Notes: generated from the letters alone by a model not told the origin. A DNA stretch of 64,000 nt from a bacterium (GCA_029932675.1 JAOZPP010000004.1:12157-76156), one strand, 5' to 3'; shown: positions 9,699-18,266, counted from the first letter of the stretch. A program made the numbers and translations.

Positions 9699-9714
9699 TG
9701 GATATAGATTTGCT
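9699..9714 (+). promoter_or_regulatory. weak sigma-54-like -24/-12 element TGGATATAGATTTGCT
   Basis: GG and GC are separated by 10 nt as in TGGCAC-N5-TTGCW. Only the TGG and TTGCT parts match the consensus. It lies 32 nt upstream of ATG 9746. Confidence 0.3.
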
Positions 9715-9745
9715 GGTAGATATTTGCCCTGTGAGGTGAGGGATA

Positions 9746-10087
9746 ATGAAAAAATTCGGTATTATCTTGTTGATCATAGCCTTTCTTCTTTCTACAAATA
9801 GTTTTCTGCTGATGAAGAGGGTCTCTGCTAACACTGGGGAGGAGAGACCTATGCTTATGGCCGCCTGGCCATGGGATTTTTATTACCATAACCCCAAGGG
9901 GTCCAACCACAATTCTGGCTCTTCGACTATTCAGAATCCAGCCGAAAATCAAAAGACTCCCCAGCAATCCGCAGGGACAACCATCCAATTTCAGGAGAGC
10001 AACAAACCAAAGAACTCTCCTACAGAGAGAAACCTCCGGAGTTGGCTCCTTAAAATTTCCCTCTTTCTGAGAATACTCCTCCACTAA
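9746..10087 (+). CDS. small secreted hypothetical protein (N-terminal signal peptide)
   Basis: 113-aa ORF with a GAGGTGAGGG SD and a hydrophobic leader MKKFGIILLIIAFLLSTNSF. It ends 10 nt before the sigma-54 activator gene. The composition is odd and it has no recognisable family. Confidence 0.4.
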   Translation: MKKFGIILLIIAFLLSTNSFLLMKRVSANTGEERPMLMAAWPWDFYYHNPKGSNHNSGSSTIQNPAENQKTPQQSAGTTIQFQESNKPKNSPTERNLRSWLLKISLFLRILLH

Positions 10088-10096
10088 GGGCCGGAG

Positions 10097-12979
10097 ATGA
10101 CAAAGCAACGGGTAAGAAAAATGGGAGGGTTAAAGGATTCGATTGAGGAGATAGATAAGCTGCTTCTTCCGGGTGGGGACTTGAAATTGGCCGAGGAGAG
10201 GGTTGAGATAGCTCTAAAGGTTCTCTCTCCCTCCCATAGTGAGCTGGAGAGGGCGAGGGTCTATTCTTTGGCTGCGCGGGTCAAGTTGGAGCTGGGGAAA
10301 AATTACGAGGAGGCTGAAGGATATGCCCTCAAAGCTTTTGATCTATTGAAAAATACGGCCCTGCACCAAGAAAGGGGGGAAGTCCAATTCTGTTTGGGGC
10401 GAATATATGTGTCTTTAGGGAGTTTAGAAAAAGCCCGCTGTTTCTTCGAGGACTCCTTGAGTACCTACCGGTTAATCGGGGATGCTGATGGAATGCTTGA
10501 CGCCATCAACGGGTTATCCCATGTCAGTTTTATCCTTTCCGAGAAAGATGAAGCGATCAAACGATTGGAATATGGATTAGCAGAGAGCAAGAAGGTCGAT
10601 GACTCACGCAGGATAGCGCTATTCTCAGGCAATTTAGGCGTGGTGTATTTACTCGCTTCCCGGTGGCAAGAGGCGGAGGAGAAGTTAAATTTTGGATTAA
10701 AAATCTATGAATCTATGGGTGATATTTTACAGATAGCCCGCCGGAGTATCAGCCTTGCCCGCTTGTACCTGATGAAGCATCGATGGTTGGAAGCTTCTCA
10801 GCTTATCCAGAAGGCAAAGGAGACGAGCCTAGAGTATAACTTACCCCGTGAGTTGGCGATGAGCCTGGAGAGTGAAGGCCAGTTATACTTTAAGCGAAAG
10901 GAGTATGCCAAAGCCGAGAAGAGCTATCTAAAAGCCTTAAAAATAGGGGAACGGATATCCCCTGAGGGGGACATCGTCTCAGAGGTTTCTCGCAAGTTAG
11001 CTGATTTGTATGTAGCTATCAAGGAGTTTGATAAGGCTATTGAATATGGCCAAAGGGCTCTGGAGGTCTCCACCAAGCTGGGGGACAGATTTGAGCAAGG
11101 CTGTTGTCATCGGGCCTTAGCTGTGGCGTATCATTTAAAGGGGTTAAGGGATAGATCCCAGGAGGAGTTTGCTAAAGCTATCTCCATTTTACGCTCCATA
11201 GGGGACAGGTTTGAGTTGGCGCATACTCTTTTAGCTCATGGGGAGCTTAGCGGCAAGCTTGAGCTCTTGCAGGAAGCCCAGAGGCTCTTTGCTCAGATCC
11301 AGGGGGCAGAGTTTTATCAGGCTTTGGCCCTGCTCCAGATTGCTAAGTTGGAGCCATCCTACAAGAAAGCGGTTGAAGTCTTAACGGAGGCGGAGAAGCT
11401 GCTGCAGGGCAAGGGAGAGACGGAGAAGCTCAAGGAGGTAGAAACCCTAAAACTTGAACTTAACCAAAGGCTGAAGAGGTTTCCCTCCAGGAAGTATGAG
11501 TTTTTACAAGGATTGCCATCAGGTGATTTGGGGAAGGTTTTTGGCCAGGTGATTGAGGTTTTGGGAGCCGACAGGGGGTTTGTGGCCTACGCTGCAGATG
11601 GAGATAAGAAGATGATGGTAGGGGCAAGCCATAACCTTGGGGAGGGGGAGGTCAAGGGGCTTCTCTCCCTGTTGGCAGACAGGCCTGCCTGTGCAGACAG
11701 GGATGGCTTTGAGGTGGGCAGTCCCTTTATCCTCTATGATAGCTCCCTGGATGAGCGGTTCTTCGCTGTGGGGGCTGGTAGCCTGATGTTGATCCCCTAT
11801 GGGAATGGGGAGAGGATAGAGGGTTACCTCTATGTGGATCGGGGTAAGGGGAAGGAACCTTTCTTGGATAAGGAGCTTGACCTCTTCTATCTTCTCTCCG
11901 AGAGGGTAGCCAAGGCGATAGCCGAGCAGAGGCAGAGGGAGTTGGAGGAAGAGTTGGCCTCCCTGAAGAGACAGCTCAGGCTCTCTGGGGAGATAGTCAC
12001 CCAGGACCCCCAGATGCTCAGGGTATTGGATGAGGTGGAGAGGATCAAAGATACAGACTATCCGATTGTAATTGAGGGGGAGACTGGCACAGGGAAAGAG
12101 GTAATAGCCAAGTTCATCCATTCCATTGGGGCGCGGAAGGAGATGCCCTTTATGGCCATAAATTGTGCCAATATGTCTGACAACCTCTTGGAGTCGGAGC
12201 TTTTTGGCTATGAGAAGGGTGCCTTCACCGATGCCAGGACCCAACACAAGGGGTTGTTTGAGGTAGCCGATGGGGGGACGGTATTTCTGGATGAGATAGG
12301 GGATATGAGCCCTGCTATGCAGTCAAAGCTCCTTCGTTTTCTGGAGACCCAGAGCTTTCGCAGGGTAGGGGGGACAGAGGAGGTCAAGGTGGATGTGCGG
12401 GTGATAGTGGCCACCAACAAGGATCTCCACCGGGCTATGGTGGAGGGTTCTTTTCGGAATGATCTTTACTATCGGATAGAGGGGGTAACTTTGAGGCTTC
12501 CGCCATTGAGGGAGAGGAAGGGTGACATACCGCTTCTCTGTGAGCATTTTATGGAGCTGTTTGGGGAGAAGTATAAAAAGAGGGTGGTGGGTATTACTCC
12601 TGGTGCTTTAGAGGGGTTGATGGAATACGACTGGCCAGGGAATGTCAGGGAGTTGAAGCGGGCCATTGAGGTAGCAGTAAGCCATATAAAGGGCGAGGAA
12701 GGGGAGATCACTGCAGAGCTGCTACGGGTGGGAGTTCTCCCGAAGGAACCCCAGGCTCTTTCAGAGGGAATAGCTTCTCTTCCGGAGAAATTGGCCTTTG
12801 TTGAGAGGGAGGAGTGTTTAAGGGCATTGAGAGAGAGCAATTGGAAGATTGCTAAGGCAGCAAGTATGTTAGGAGTTCCGCGCACTACCTTACACAACAA
12901 GATGAAAAAGCTTAATATCTCACCGACGAAAGTCAGTGAGGATTCCAATCTGGAAAGTCATCCAAATTTGGTCAGATAG
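10097..12979 (+). CDS. sigma-54-dependent transcriptional activator (bEBP) with N-terminal TPR repeats and a GAF domain
   Basis: 960 aa with Walker A GETGTGKE, Walker B VFLDEIGDM, ESELFGYEKGAFTDA (a GAFTGA-loop variant) and RVIVATN..FRNDLYYRI. It also has a C-terminal Fis-type HTH (AKAASMLGVPRTTLHNKMKKL). Confidence 0.92.
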   Translation: MTKQRVRKMGGLKDSIEEIDKLLLPGGDLKLAEERVEIALKVLSPSHSELERARVYSLAARVKLELGKNYEEAEGYALKAFDLLKNTALHQERGEVQFCLGRIYVSLGSLEKARCFFEDSLSTYRLIGDADGMLDAINGLSHVSFILSEKDEAIKRLEYGLAESKKVDDSRRIALFSGNLGVVYLLASRWQEAEEKLNFGLKIYESMGDILQIARRSISLARLYLMKHRWLEASQLIQKAKETSLEYNLPRELAMSLESEGQLYFKRKEYAKAEKSYLKALKIGERISPEGDIVSEVSRKLADLYVAIKEFDKAIEYGQRALEVSTKLGDRFEQGCCHRALAVAYHLKGLRDRSQEEFAKAISILRSIGDRFELAHTLLAHGELSGKLELLQEAQRLFAQIQGAEFYQALALLQIAKLEPSYKKAVEVLTEAEKLLQGKGETEKLKEVETLKLELNQRLKRFPSRKYEFLQGLPSGDLGKVFGQVIEVLGADRGFVAYAADGDKKMMVGASHNLGEGEVKGLLSLLADRPACADRDGFEVGSPFILYDSSLDERFFAVGAGSLMLIPYGNGERIEGYLYVDRGKGKEPFLDKELDLFYLLSERVAKAIAEQRQRELEEELASLKRQLRLSGEIVTQDPQMLRVLDEVERIKDTDYPIVIEGETGTGKEVIAKFIHSIGARKEMPFMAINCANMSDNLLESELFGYEKGAFTDARTQHKGLFEVADGGTVFLDEIGDMSPAMQSKLLRFLETQSFRRVGGTEEVKVDVRVIVATNKDLHRAMVEGSFRNDLYYRIEGVTLRLPPLRERKGDIPLLCEHFMELFGEKYKKRVVGITPGALEGLMEYDWPGNVRELKRAIEVAVSHIKGEEGEITAELLRVGVLPKEPQALSEGIASLPEKLAFVEREECLRALRESNWKIAKAASMLGVPRTTLHNKMKKLNISPTKVSEDSNLESHPNLVR

Positions 12980-13133
12980 CGTCCTTTATTGGTCGCTTTT
13001 AACTTCTTGTTCTATAAACAGATATTCAGTTGGCCCCAAAATATGTGTCCAAAAATGGACGAATAGCCTTTTGTTCTAACAAGGGCTGATGCAATTATTC
13101 TTCTCACAAATTGGATATTTCTTTGTTTTTTTA

Positions 13134-13168
13134 AGCACTTAGTTAACTAAGTGCTCTTTTATTTTTTT
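13134..13168 (+). terminator. intrinsic terminator (perfect 22-bp palindrome AGCACTTAGTTAACTAAGTGCT followed by CTTTTATTTTTTT)
   Basis: Stem of 9-11 bp with a T-run, 155 nt past the activator stop. An A/T run on the other side makes it potentially bidirectional. Confidence 0.65.
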
Positions 13169-13178
13169 CTGCCCATTC

Positions 13179-13194
13179 TGGCATGCTTTTTGCT
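13179..13194 (+). promoter_or_regulatory. sigma-54 (-24/-12) promoter TGGCATGCTTTTTGCT
   Basis: It matches TGGCAC-N5-TTGCW at TGGCA, TTGC and T, with exactly 10 nt between GG and GC. It lies 200 nt downstream of the bEBP gene. Confidence 0.7.
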
Positions 13195-13292
13195 TTATAT
13201 CTGAATGTCTCCACTTGTCCGGGGCTTGGGCGAGCAGGGGAAGCCGGTGCTGCCTTCTTTGGTGGTTGGAGGCAGCATTTGGGAAAGATTGA

Positions 13293-13318
13293 GGTGTCAG
13301 AACGCCTGTTCTGACACC
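13293..13318. repeat. REP-like hairpin GGTGTCAGAAC-GCCT-GTTCTGACACC
   Basis: 11-bp perfect stem, the same family as 9477..9500. Confidence 0.7.
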
Positions 13319-13375
13319 AAAATAGCGGAGATACCCGTAGGCTTCCTCCTGCCTGCCCCTCCGATCATATAATGA

Positions 13376-13401
13376 GGTGGCAGAACCCCGGTTCTGCCAC
13401 C
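13376..13401. repeat. REP-like hairpin GGTGGCAGAAC-CCCG-GTTCTGCCACC
   Basis: 11-bp perfect stem, the same family as 9512..9537 and 59576..59601. Confidence 0.7.
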
Positions 13402-13568
13402 CACCTGCCAGAGGGAGGGGGGATTCGCCAGGTTCTGGCTGGAAGGGCTCTTGCTCTAACAAACCACAAGAGGCAAGCGAGGGCCGGTAGAGTGTGGCCC
13501 GATAATCTCCTTGTGGTCCCCCGGGAGATTAGCTGAATATCGATTCAGCCAACAGAAAAGAGGAGAAA

Positions 13569-13745
13569 ATGGTTGACTTTGAACCAGAAAACCCCTTAGA
13601 TTCTGAGGAAGAAAAAGAATGCGAAACTGGTAATCTAAAAGGGAATTTGCTGATAAAGACAATAAGAAGAATAGGGAGGTTTGTTAAAGCCTTTTTCTCC
13701 GAAGAGGATGAGAAATATTGGAGAAGAGACCTTGACGGATTGTGA
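13569..13745 (+). CDS. 58-aa acidic/basic hypothetical peptide (below the ORF-track cut-off)
   Basis: The ATG is preceded by AGAGGAGAAA. It translates as MVDFEPENPLDSEEEKECETGNLKGNLLIKTIRRIGRFVKAFFSEEDEKYWRRDLDGL and ends at TGA 13743-13745. It lies between the sigma-54 promoter and the T9SS cargo gene. Confidence 0.3.
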   Translation: MVDFEPENPLDSEEEKECETGNLKGNLLIKTIRRIGRFVKAFFSEEDEKYWRRDLDGL

Positions 13746-13760
13746 ACAAGCTCTTAGATT
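13732..13760 (+). promoter_or_regulatory. sigma-70-like promoter TTGACG-17-TAGATT
   Basis: TTGACG at 13732-13737, a 17-nt spacer, and TAGATT at 13755-13760, 55 nt upstream of 13815. Confidence 0.35.
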
Positions 13761-13814
13761 TAATACACGGGTTGTCCCTTATTTATTCTGTCGGTCCATC
13801 AGAGGCTACAATAG

Positions 13815-16301
13815 GTGAAAGGTAAGAGGGTGAAAATCACAATTTTATTTGTCTTCATTTTGCTTATTTGTAATGCGGTAACAACTAAAGGACAGTGGTT
13901 GGAAACTACTATCCTTCTACCGGATAGCACAGGTGGGGTGCTTGAACCAGATTGTTTCGCTTACAACTCCACTGATAACAAAGTCTATGTCGGGGGGAGA
14001 TATGGCGATCGTGTCGCTGTTATTGATGGAGCTACTGATCAAAAAATAGCAAGCATATCCGTGGGAGATGGCCCCAGCACCTTACTTTGGAACGCCAATA
14101 GTAACAAACTTTACTGTGCAAATGCAGGCAGTGGCAGAGTTACCATCATCGATGGAGAAACGGACAAAGTGATAACTTCTGTCTTAGTTGGCGACAATCC
14201 AACTGCCTTGGTTCATAATTCAATTGACAATAAGGTTTACTGTGCAAATTACAATAGTAATGATATAACTATCATCGATGGGGACGCTGATAGTGTTATC
14301 CTCACCATTCAAGTGGGAGACAATCCAACTGCTTTAGCTTATGACTTGACTGACAACAAGATCTATTGCGCTAACCAGGGGGATAACAACGTGACAGCCA
14401 TTGATGGGGAGGCTGATAGCATCATCTCCGTAACCCCTGTGGGAGCCAGCCCTGTTGCCTTGATTTGGCATCCTTCCGATAACAAAATATACTCTGCAAA
14501 TTACGGGAGTAATAGTGTAACGGTCATTTCGGGGGAGAATGACAGTATTATCGCTACAGTTCACGTAGGTAACGGTCCCCGTGCTTTAGTTTGGAGTCAA
14601 ACCAGCAATAAAATCTACTGCGCCAACTTTTATGGTCGGAACATAGCCGTTATCTCTGGGACAACCGATAGCCTCATTACCACCATCCCAACATGGCAAT
14701 TCCCTTGTGCCCTATCATGGAACCAAATCGATGATAAAATCTACTGTGCAAATGCAATGAGCCTTGTAGTTACAATTGTCTGTGGAATATCCGATACCGT
14801 TATTGCCAACGTTTCGGTAGGTGGAGATCCCCATGCCCTAATCTGGAATCCAGTTGATAACAAAGTCTACTCTGCAAATGTGGGCAGTTACGATGTAGCA
14901 ATTATTGACGGCGTGGCCGATAGCGTTATTACTGCTGTCCCCGTTGCCTACACTCCCAAAGCTCTAATCTGGAATCAAATCGACAACAAGGTCTATTCTG
15001 CAAATTACTGGAGCGACAACTTAACAATTATTAACGGAGCAACAAACAGAATCATCGCTACCCTCCCCGTGGGGGACGGCCCTCGCACATTGACCTGGAA
15101 CCCAATCGATGACAAAGTGTATTGTGCAAATTATTGGAGTAATGATATAACGGTAATTTCTGGTGAATCCAATGAGGTTATTACCACCATTTCGGTTGGG
15201 GACAAACCTATCGCCCTTGTTTACGATTCAATTGACAACGAAATATACTGTGCAAACGAAAGAAGCGGGGATGTAACTGTAATAGACGGGGCCGCCGACA
15301 GCGTTATTGCCACCGTCCTTGTAGGAACCGGCCCCTCCGCTTTGCTCTGGGCATCAACCACCAATAAGATATACTGTGCAAACTGGGGAGTTGGTGAACC
15401 CAGTGAGGTAACCGTAATCAACGGGGGGAATAATAGTGTCATTGCAAATGTCCCCGTTGGAGTCTTTCCCATCGCTCTGGCATGGAACAAAACTGAAAAC
15501 AAAATCTACTGCGCAGATTACTGGGGCGGAGTGGATGTTATAGATGGGAAGGGGGATAGCGTCATCACCGTTATATCAGCCATGACTCTGGAATATCCCA
15601 CTGCCTTAGTCTGGAATCAAACCGACGATAAGGTTTATTGTACATCCACTTTAGGAGATAAAGAACACCATGGCGATGAAAATATAGATGGGGAATGGGT
15701 AGTAGTCATTGATGGAGAGAGTGACAGCGTCATCACTACGGTTACCGTTGGAACATTTCCTTCCGCTCTGTTTTGGAACTCGATCAATAATAAGGTCTAC
15801 TGCGTGAATTCGGGCAGTGGTGAATTCGGCGATGTAACAGTCATTGATGGGAAGGTAGATAGCGTCATCACTACAATCAAGGTGGGGAAGGGTGCCTCAG
15901 ATTTGGCCTGGAACTCTCTCCAGAACAGAGCTTACGTCGCTAACTTTCTCGGAAGCAGCATTTCGGTAATTAGAGACCGCAAAAACGGCATTCCCGAGGA
16001 GCCATCGAAGAACCATTTGCCGGTTGCGTTCTCTCTCTTTCAGAACTATCCGAATCCATTTAACTCCACTACAGCTATCGGGTATCAGTTATCAAGATAC
16101 TCTTTTATTACTCTAAAGATTTACAACATCCTAGGTCAGGAGGTAAAGACGCTAGTTGATGCTGAAAAGAACCCCGGTAGCTATCATGTTTGCTGGGATG
16201 GCACCGATGACTGTGGCAGGCCAGCGGCGAGTGGGGTATACCTTTATCAAATTAGGGTAGGAACTAACAGCAAAACCAAGAAGTTGGTTCTCCTCAGATA
16301 A
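13815..16301 (+). CDS. YVTN-family beta-propeller repeat protein with a T9SS type-A C-terminal sorting domain
   Basis: 828 aa with a signal peptide. More than 14 copies of an about 42-aa unit (DNKVYCAN..SN.VTVIDG..DSVI.T..VG..P.AL.WN) are present. The tail FQNYPNPFNSTT..ASGVYLYQI..TKKLVLLR is a T9SS CTD. The alternative GTG start at 13830 has an AAGAGG SD. Confidence 0.85.
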   Translation: MKGKRVKITILFVFILLICNAVTTKGQWLETTILLPDSTGGVLEPDCFAYNSTDNKVYVGGRYGDRVAVIDGATDQKIASISVGDGPSTLLWNANSNKLYCANAGSGRVTIIDGETDKVITSVLVGDNPTALVHNSIDNKVYCANYNSNDITIIDGDADSVILTIQVGDNPTALAYDLTDNKIYCANQGDNNVTAIDGEADSIISVTPVGASPVALIWHPSDNKIYSANYGSNSVTVISGENDSIIATVHVGNGPRALVWSQTSNKIYCANFYGRNIAVISGTTDSLITTIPTWQFPCALSWNQIDDKIYCANAMSLVVTIVCGISDTVIANVSVGGDPHALIWNPVDNKVYSANVGSYDVAIIDGVADSVITAVPVAYTPKALIWNQIDNKVYSANYWSDNLTIINGATNRIIATLPVGDGPRTLTWNPIDDKVYCANYWSNDITVISGESNEVITTISVGDKPIALVYDSIDNEIYCANERSGDVTVIDGAADSVIATVLVGTGPSALLWASTTNKIYCANWGVGEPSEVTVINGGNNSVIANVPVGVFPIALAWNKTENKIYCADYWGGVDVIDGKGDSVITVISAMTLEYPTALVWNQTDDKVYCTSTLGDKEHHGDENIDGEWVVVIDGESDSVITTVTVGTFPSALFWNSINNKVYCVNSGSGEFGDVTVIDGKVDSVITTIKVGKGASDLAWNSLQNRAYVANFLGSSISVIRDRKNGIPEEPSKNHLPVAFSLFQNYPNPFNSTTAIGYQLSRYSFITLKIYNILGQEVKTLVDAEKNPGSYHVCWDGTDDCGRPAASGVYLYQIRVGTNSKTKKLVLLR

Positions 16302-16452
16302 TTAAACCCAAACTGAGAGCGAAGGTAAGGCTATACAGAACATTAGGAAGAAGTGAACGGTATTAAACATGAACAGGAGGCTGCCTATGGCTTACAAGTT
16401 CAGACGGAAGGGGAATAGACCATTGGCTTTCTAATCGAGGGAGGCGATTGAA

Positions 16453-18054
16453 ATGAGGAAAGTCATATTCATCCTAGCTTTTCTTTTGCTCTGGGGGAGT
16501 ATAGCCTATACACAGGTTGAAGAGGACTGTGTCCCGGGACAGGTTATTGTGAAGTTCCGTCATAACATCATCTCTCTTCCAGAGGGTAAAATTAAGGCTC
16601 CAATAGATAGCGTTGAGATTAACTCTACAGTGGTGCAGGCTCTTTGTGACAGCATCGATGTCCAGAGCTTCGAGAAAGTGTTCCCAGATGCAGTGCCCGA
16701 GGAAACTCCAGACCTTACTCAGATATTTCTCATCACATTTGGTCAGGGTGACCTCTTCATCAGTGTATATGAAGCTGTAGAAGCATTTGAAGCTTTATCT
16801 GATGTCATATATGCAGATCCTAATATTATAGGTGAGGAGGATGTAGTCAAGGGTCTTGAGCCCAATGACCCGCATTATGCTAATGGTGACCAATGGGCGC
16901 TGTATGACACACCCCAGGGCATTAATGCACCTGAAGGATGGGAGAAAGCAAATGATGAGGGCACTTTGGGTGAAGGTATTGTCATCGCTATCATCGAACA
17001 AGGAGTAGATGTCAGTCATGAGGACTTATCAGCTCATGCTACAGGCGGAGAGAGTGGATACATAGGTTCACACGGGACAATAGTTGCCGGTGTGGCGGCA
17101 GCGGTGACAAACAACTCTAAGGGAATAGCCGGAATGGGATGGAAGGCCAAATTCATGCCTTTTAAAAATGATTTGACCCTTGGGGGAATTGTGAAAGACA
17201 TCAAAGCAGCCGCGGACGCAAATGCTGATGTGATAAATATGAGTTTCTCCTGCTATTCCAGCACAGGTGATACCCTTGAAACCCTTTGTGAAGCCTGTAA
17301 ATACGCTTACGGCAAGAATTCGATACTGGTCACGAGTGCAGGGAATAACCAGCACCCAATCCCTTACAATGCTTATCCTCAAGCCTACGGCGGAAAATTG
17401 GTGATCAGCGTGGGGGCAACGACCAACAGCAATCCGCCTAAACGAGCGGGGTGGTCAAATTACGGACCATGGTTAGATGTTATGGCTTCCGGAGAAAACA
17501 TTTTCTCAACAGTCCCTGGAAATAAGTATGGGAGTTACAGCGGCACCTCACTTTCCTGTCCTCTGACCGCAGGAGTTATTGCTTTAATGCGTTGCAAAAA
17601 TATAGGTTATACGCTCCCACCAAATGAAGCCTGGGATGTGATCACCGGGACTGCCAGGGACATGGCTGTAGCAGGGCGGGATGACTCAACAGGATATGGA
17701 TTGATCGATGCCAAGGCCGCCTTTGAGCACACCTGGGTCGGTGTTGAGGAGGAAGCTGAGAACGACACAAAACCTGTTCACTTTCACCTGTTCCAGAACA
17801 GTCCAAACCCATTCAATCCAACAACTACGATTGATTATGACTTGCCTGAGGCCAGCCATATCAACCTTGTCATCTGCAATGTTATCGGGCAAAAGGTCAA
17901 AACGCTGGTGAATTCGTATCAAAAGGGAGGTCACCATTCTGCCCAATGGAATGGAAGAGACATGTCTGGCAACCTGGTTGGCAGTGGCATTTATTTCTAC
18001 AGGATCAAAGCCGGAAACTTCAGTGAGACTAAGAGAATGTTACTGCTAAGGTAG
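16453..18054 (+). CDS. S8 (subtilisin-family) peptidase with a T9SS type-A C-terminal sorting domain
   Basis: 533 aa with a signal peptide, GSHGTIVAG (His), SAGNN (oxyanion Asn) and GTSLSCP (Ser). The expected Asp-box reads IAIIEQGVDVSHEDL. The CTD is FQNSPNPFNPTT..SGIYFYRI..KRMLLLR. Confidence 0.85.
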   Translation: MRKVIFILAFLLLWGSIAYTQVEEDCVPGQVIVKFRHNIISLPEGKIKAPIDSVEINSTVVQALCDSIDVQSFEKVFPDAVPEETPDLTQIFLITFGQGDLFISVYEAVEAFEALSDVIYADPNIIGEEDVVKGLEPNDPHYANGDQWALYDTPQGINAPEGWEKANDEGTLGEGIVIAIIEQGVDVSHEDLSAHATGGESGYIGSHGTIVAGVAAAVTNNSKGIAGMGWKAKFMPFKNDLTLGGIVKDIKAAADANADVINMSFSCYSSTGDTLETLCEACKYAYGKNSILVTSAGNNQHPIPYNAYPQAYGGKLVISVGATTNSNPPKRAGWSNYGPWLDVMASGENIFSTVPGNKYGSYSGTSLSCPLTAGVIALMRCKNIGYTLPPNEAWDVITGTARDMAVAGRDDSTGYGLIDAKAAFEHTWVGVEEEAENDTKPVHFHLFQNSPNPFNPTTTIDYDLPEASHINLVICNVIGQKVKTLVNSYQKGGHHSAQWNGRDMSGNLVGSGIYFYRIKAGNFSETKRMLLLR

Positions 18055-18078
18055 GGATTGTAGGATGTTGTAAAATTG

Positions 18079-18113
18079 GAGGGTAGAGCAAAGCGACTCT
18101 ACCCTCTTTGTTT
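18079..18113 (+). terminator. intrinsic terminator GAGGGTAGAG-loop-CTCTACCCTC followed by TTTGTTT
   Basis: 10-bp perfect stem with an 8-nt loop and a T-rich tail, 25 nt after the S8 peptidase stop. Confidence 0.7.
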
Positions 18114-18211
18114 AATAACCCCTCCTGTGTAAGCAAAAATTGCCTGAAAGATTGAGGTGGCCGAACCATCGTTGGGGTTGGAATGAATAATCGAGGCTAT
18201 AAAGATTTTTG

Positions 18212-18240
18212 TTGCTTTCTTTCCTGAGAATTGTTATTAT
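18212..18240 (+). promoter_or_regulatory. sigma-70-like promoter TTGCTT-17-TATTAT
   Basis: The spacing was counted directly. It lies 27 nt upstream of the rpmA ATG, which has a GGAGGTG SD. Confidence 0.45.
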
Positions 18241-18266
18241 ATAGGGCATTGAAACGGAGGTGAAAG

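Noticed and set aside
9692-10108. 138-aa minus-strand ORF overlapping the small secreted ORF.
   Set aside because: It has no SD or promoter context. It overlaps the plus-strand ORF, which has both an SD and a signal peptide. It would also run into the promoter/UAS region.
11519-12948. Long antisense ORFs in the track. Examples are 11519..12247(-), 12469..12948(-), 2454..2966(+), 6528..6923(+), 8278..8655(+), 21373..21792(-), 28393..28779(-), 29627..30043(-), 30891..31301(-), 31225..31623(-), 35967..36329(-), 52084..52350(+) and 54399..54698(+).
   Set aside because: All lie inside, and opposite to, genes with unmistakable family motifs. They have no SD, and they show the Pro/Ser/Arg/Gly-rich composition typical of shadow frames in GC-rich coding DNA.
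13139-13662. Minus-strand ORFs 13139..13462 and 13456..13662.
   Set aside because: They read straight through the REP-like hairpins and the terminator palindrome. They have no family resemblance or SD, so they are most likely non-coding.
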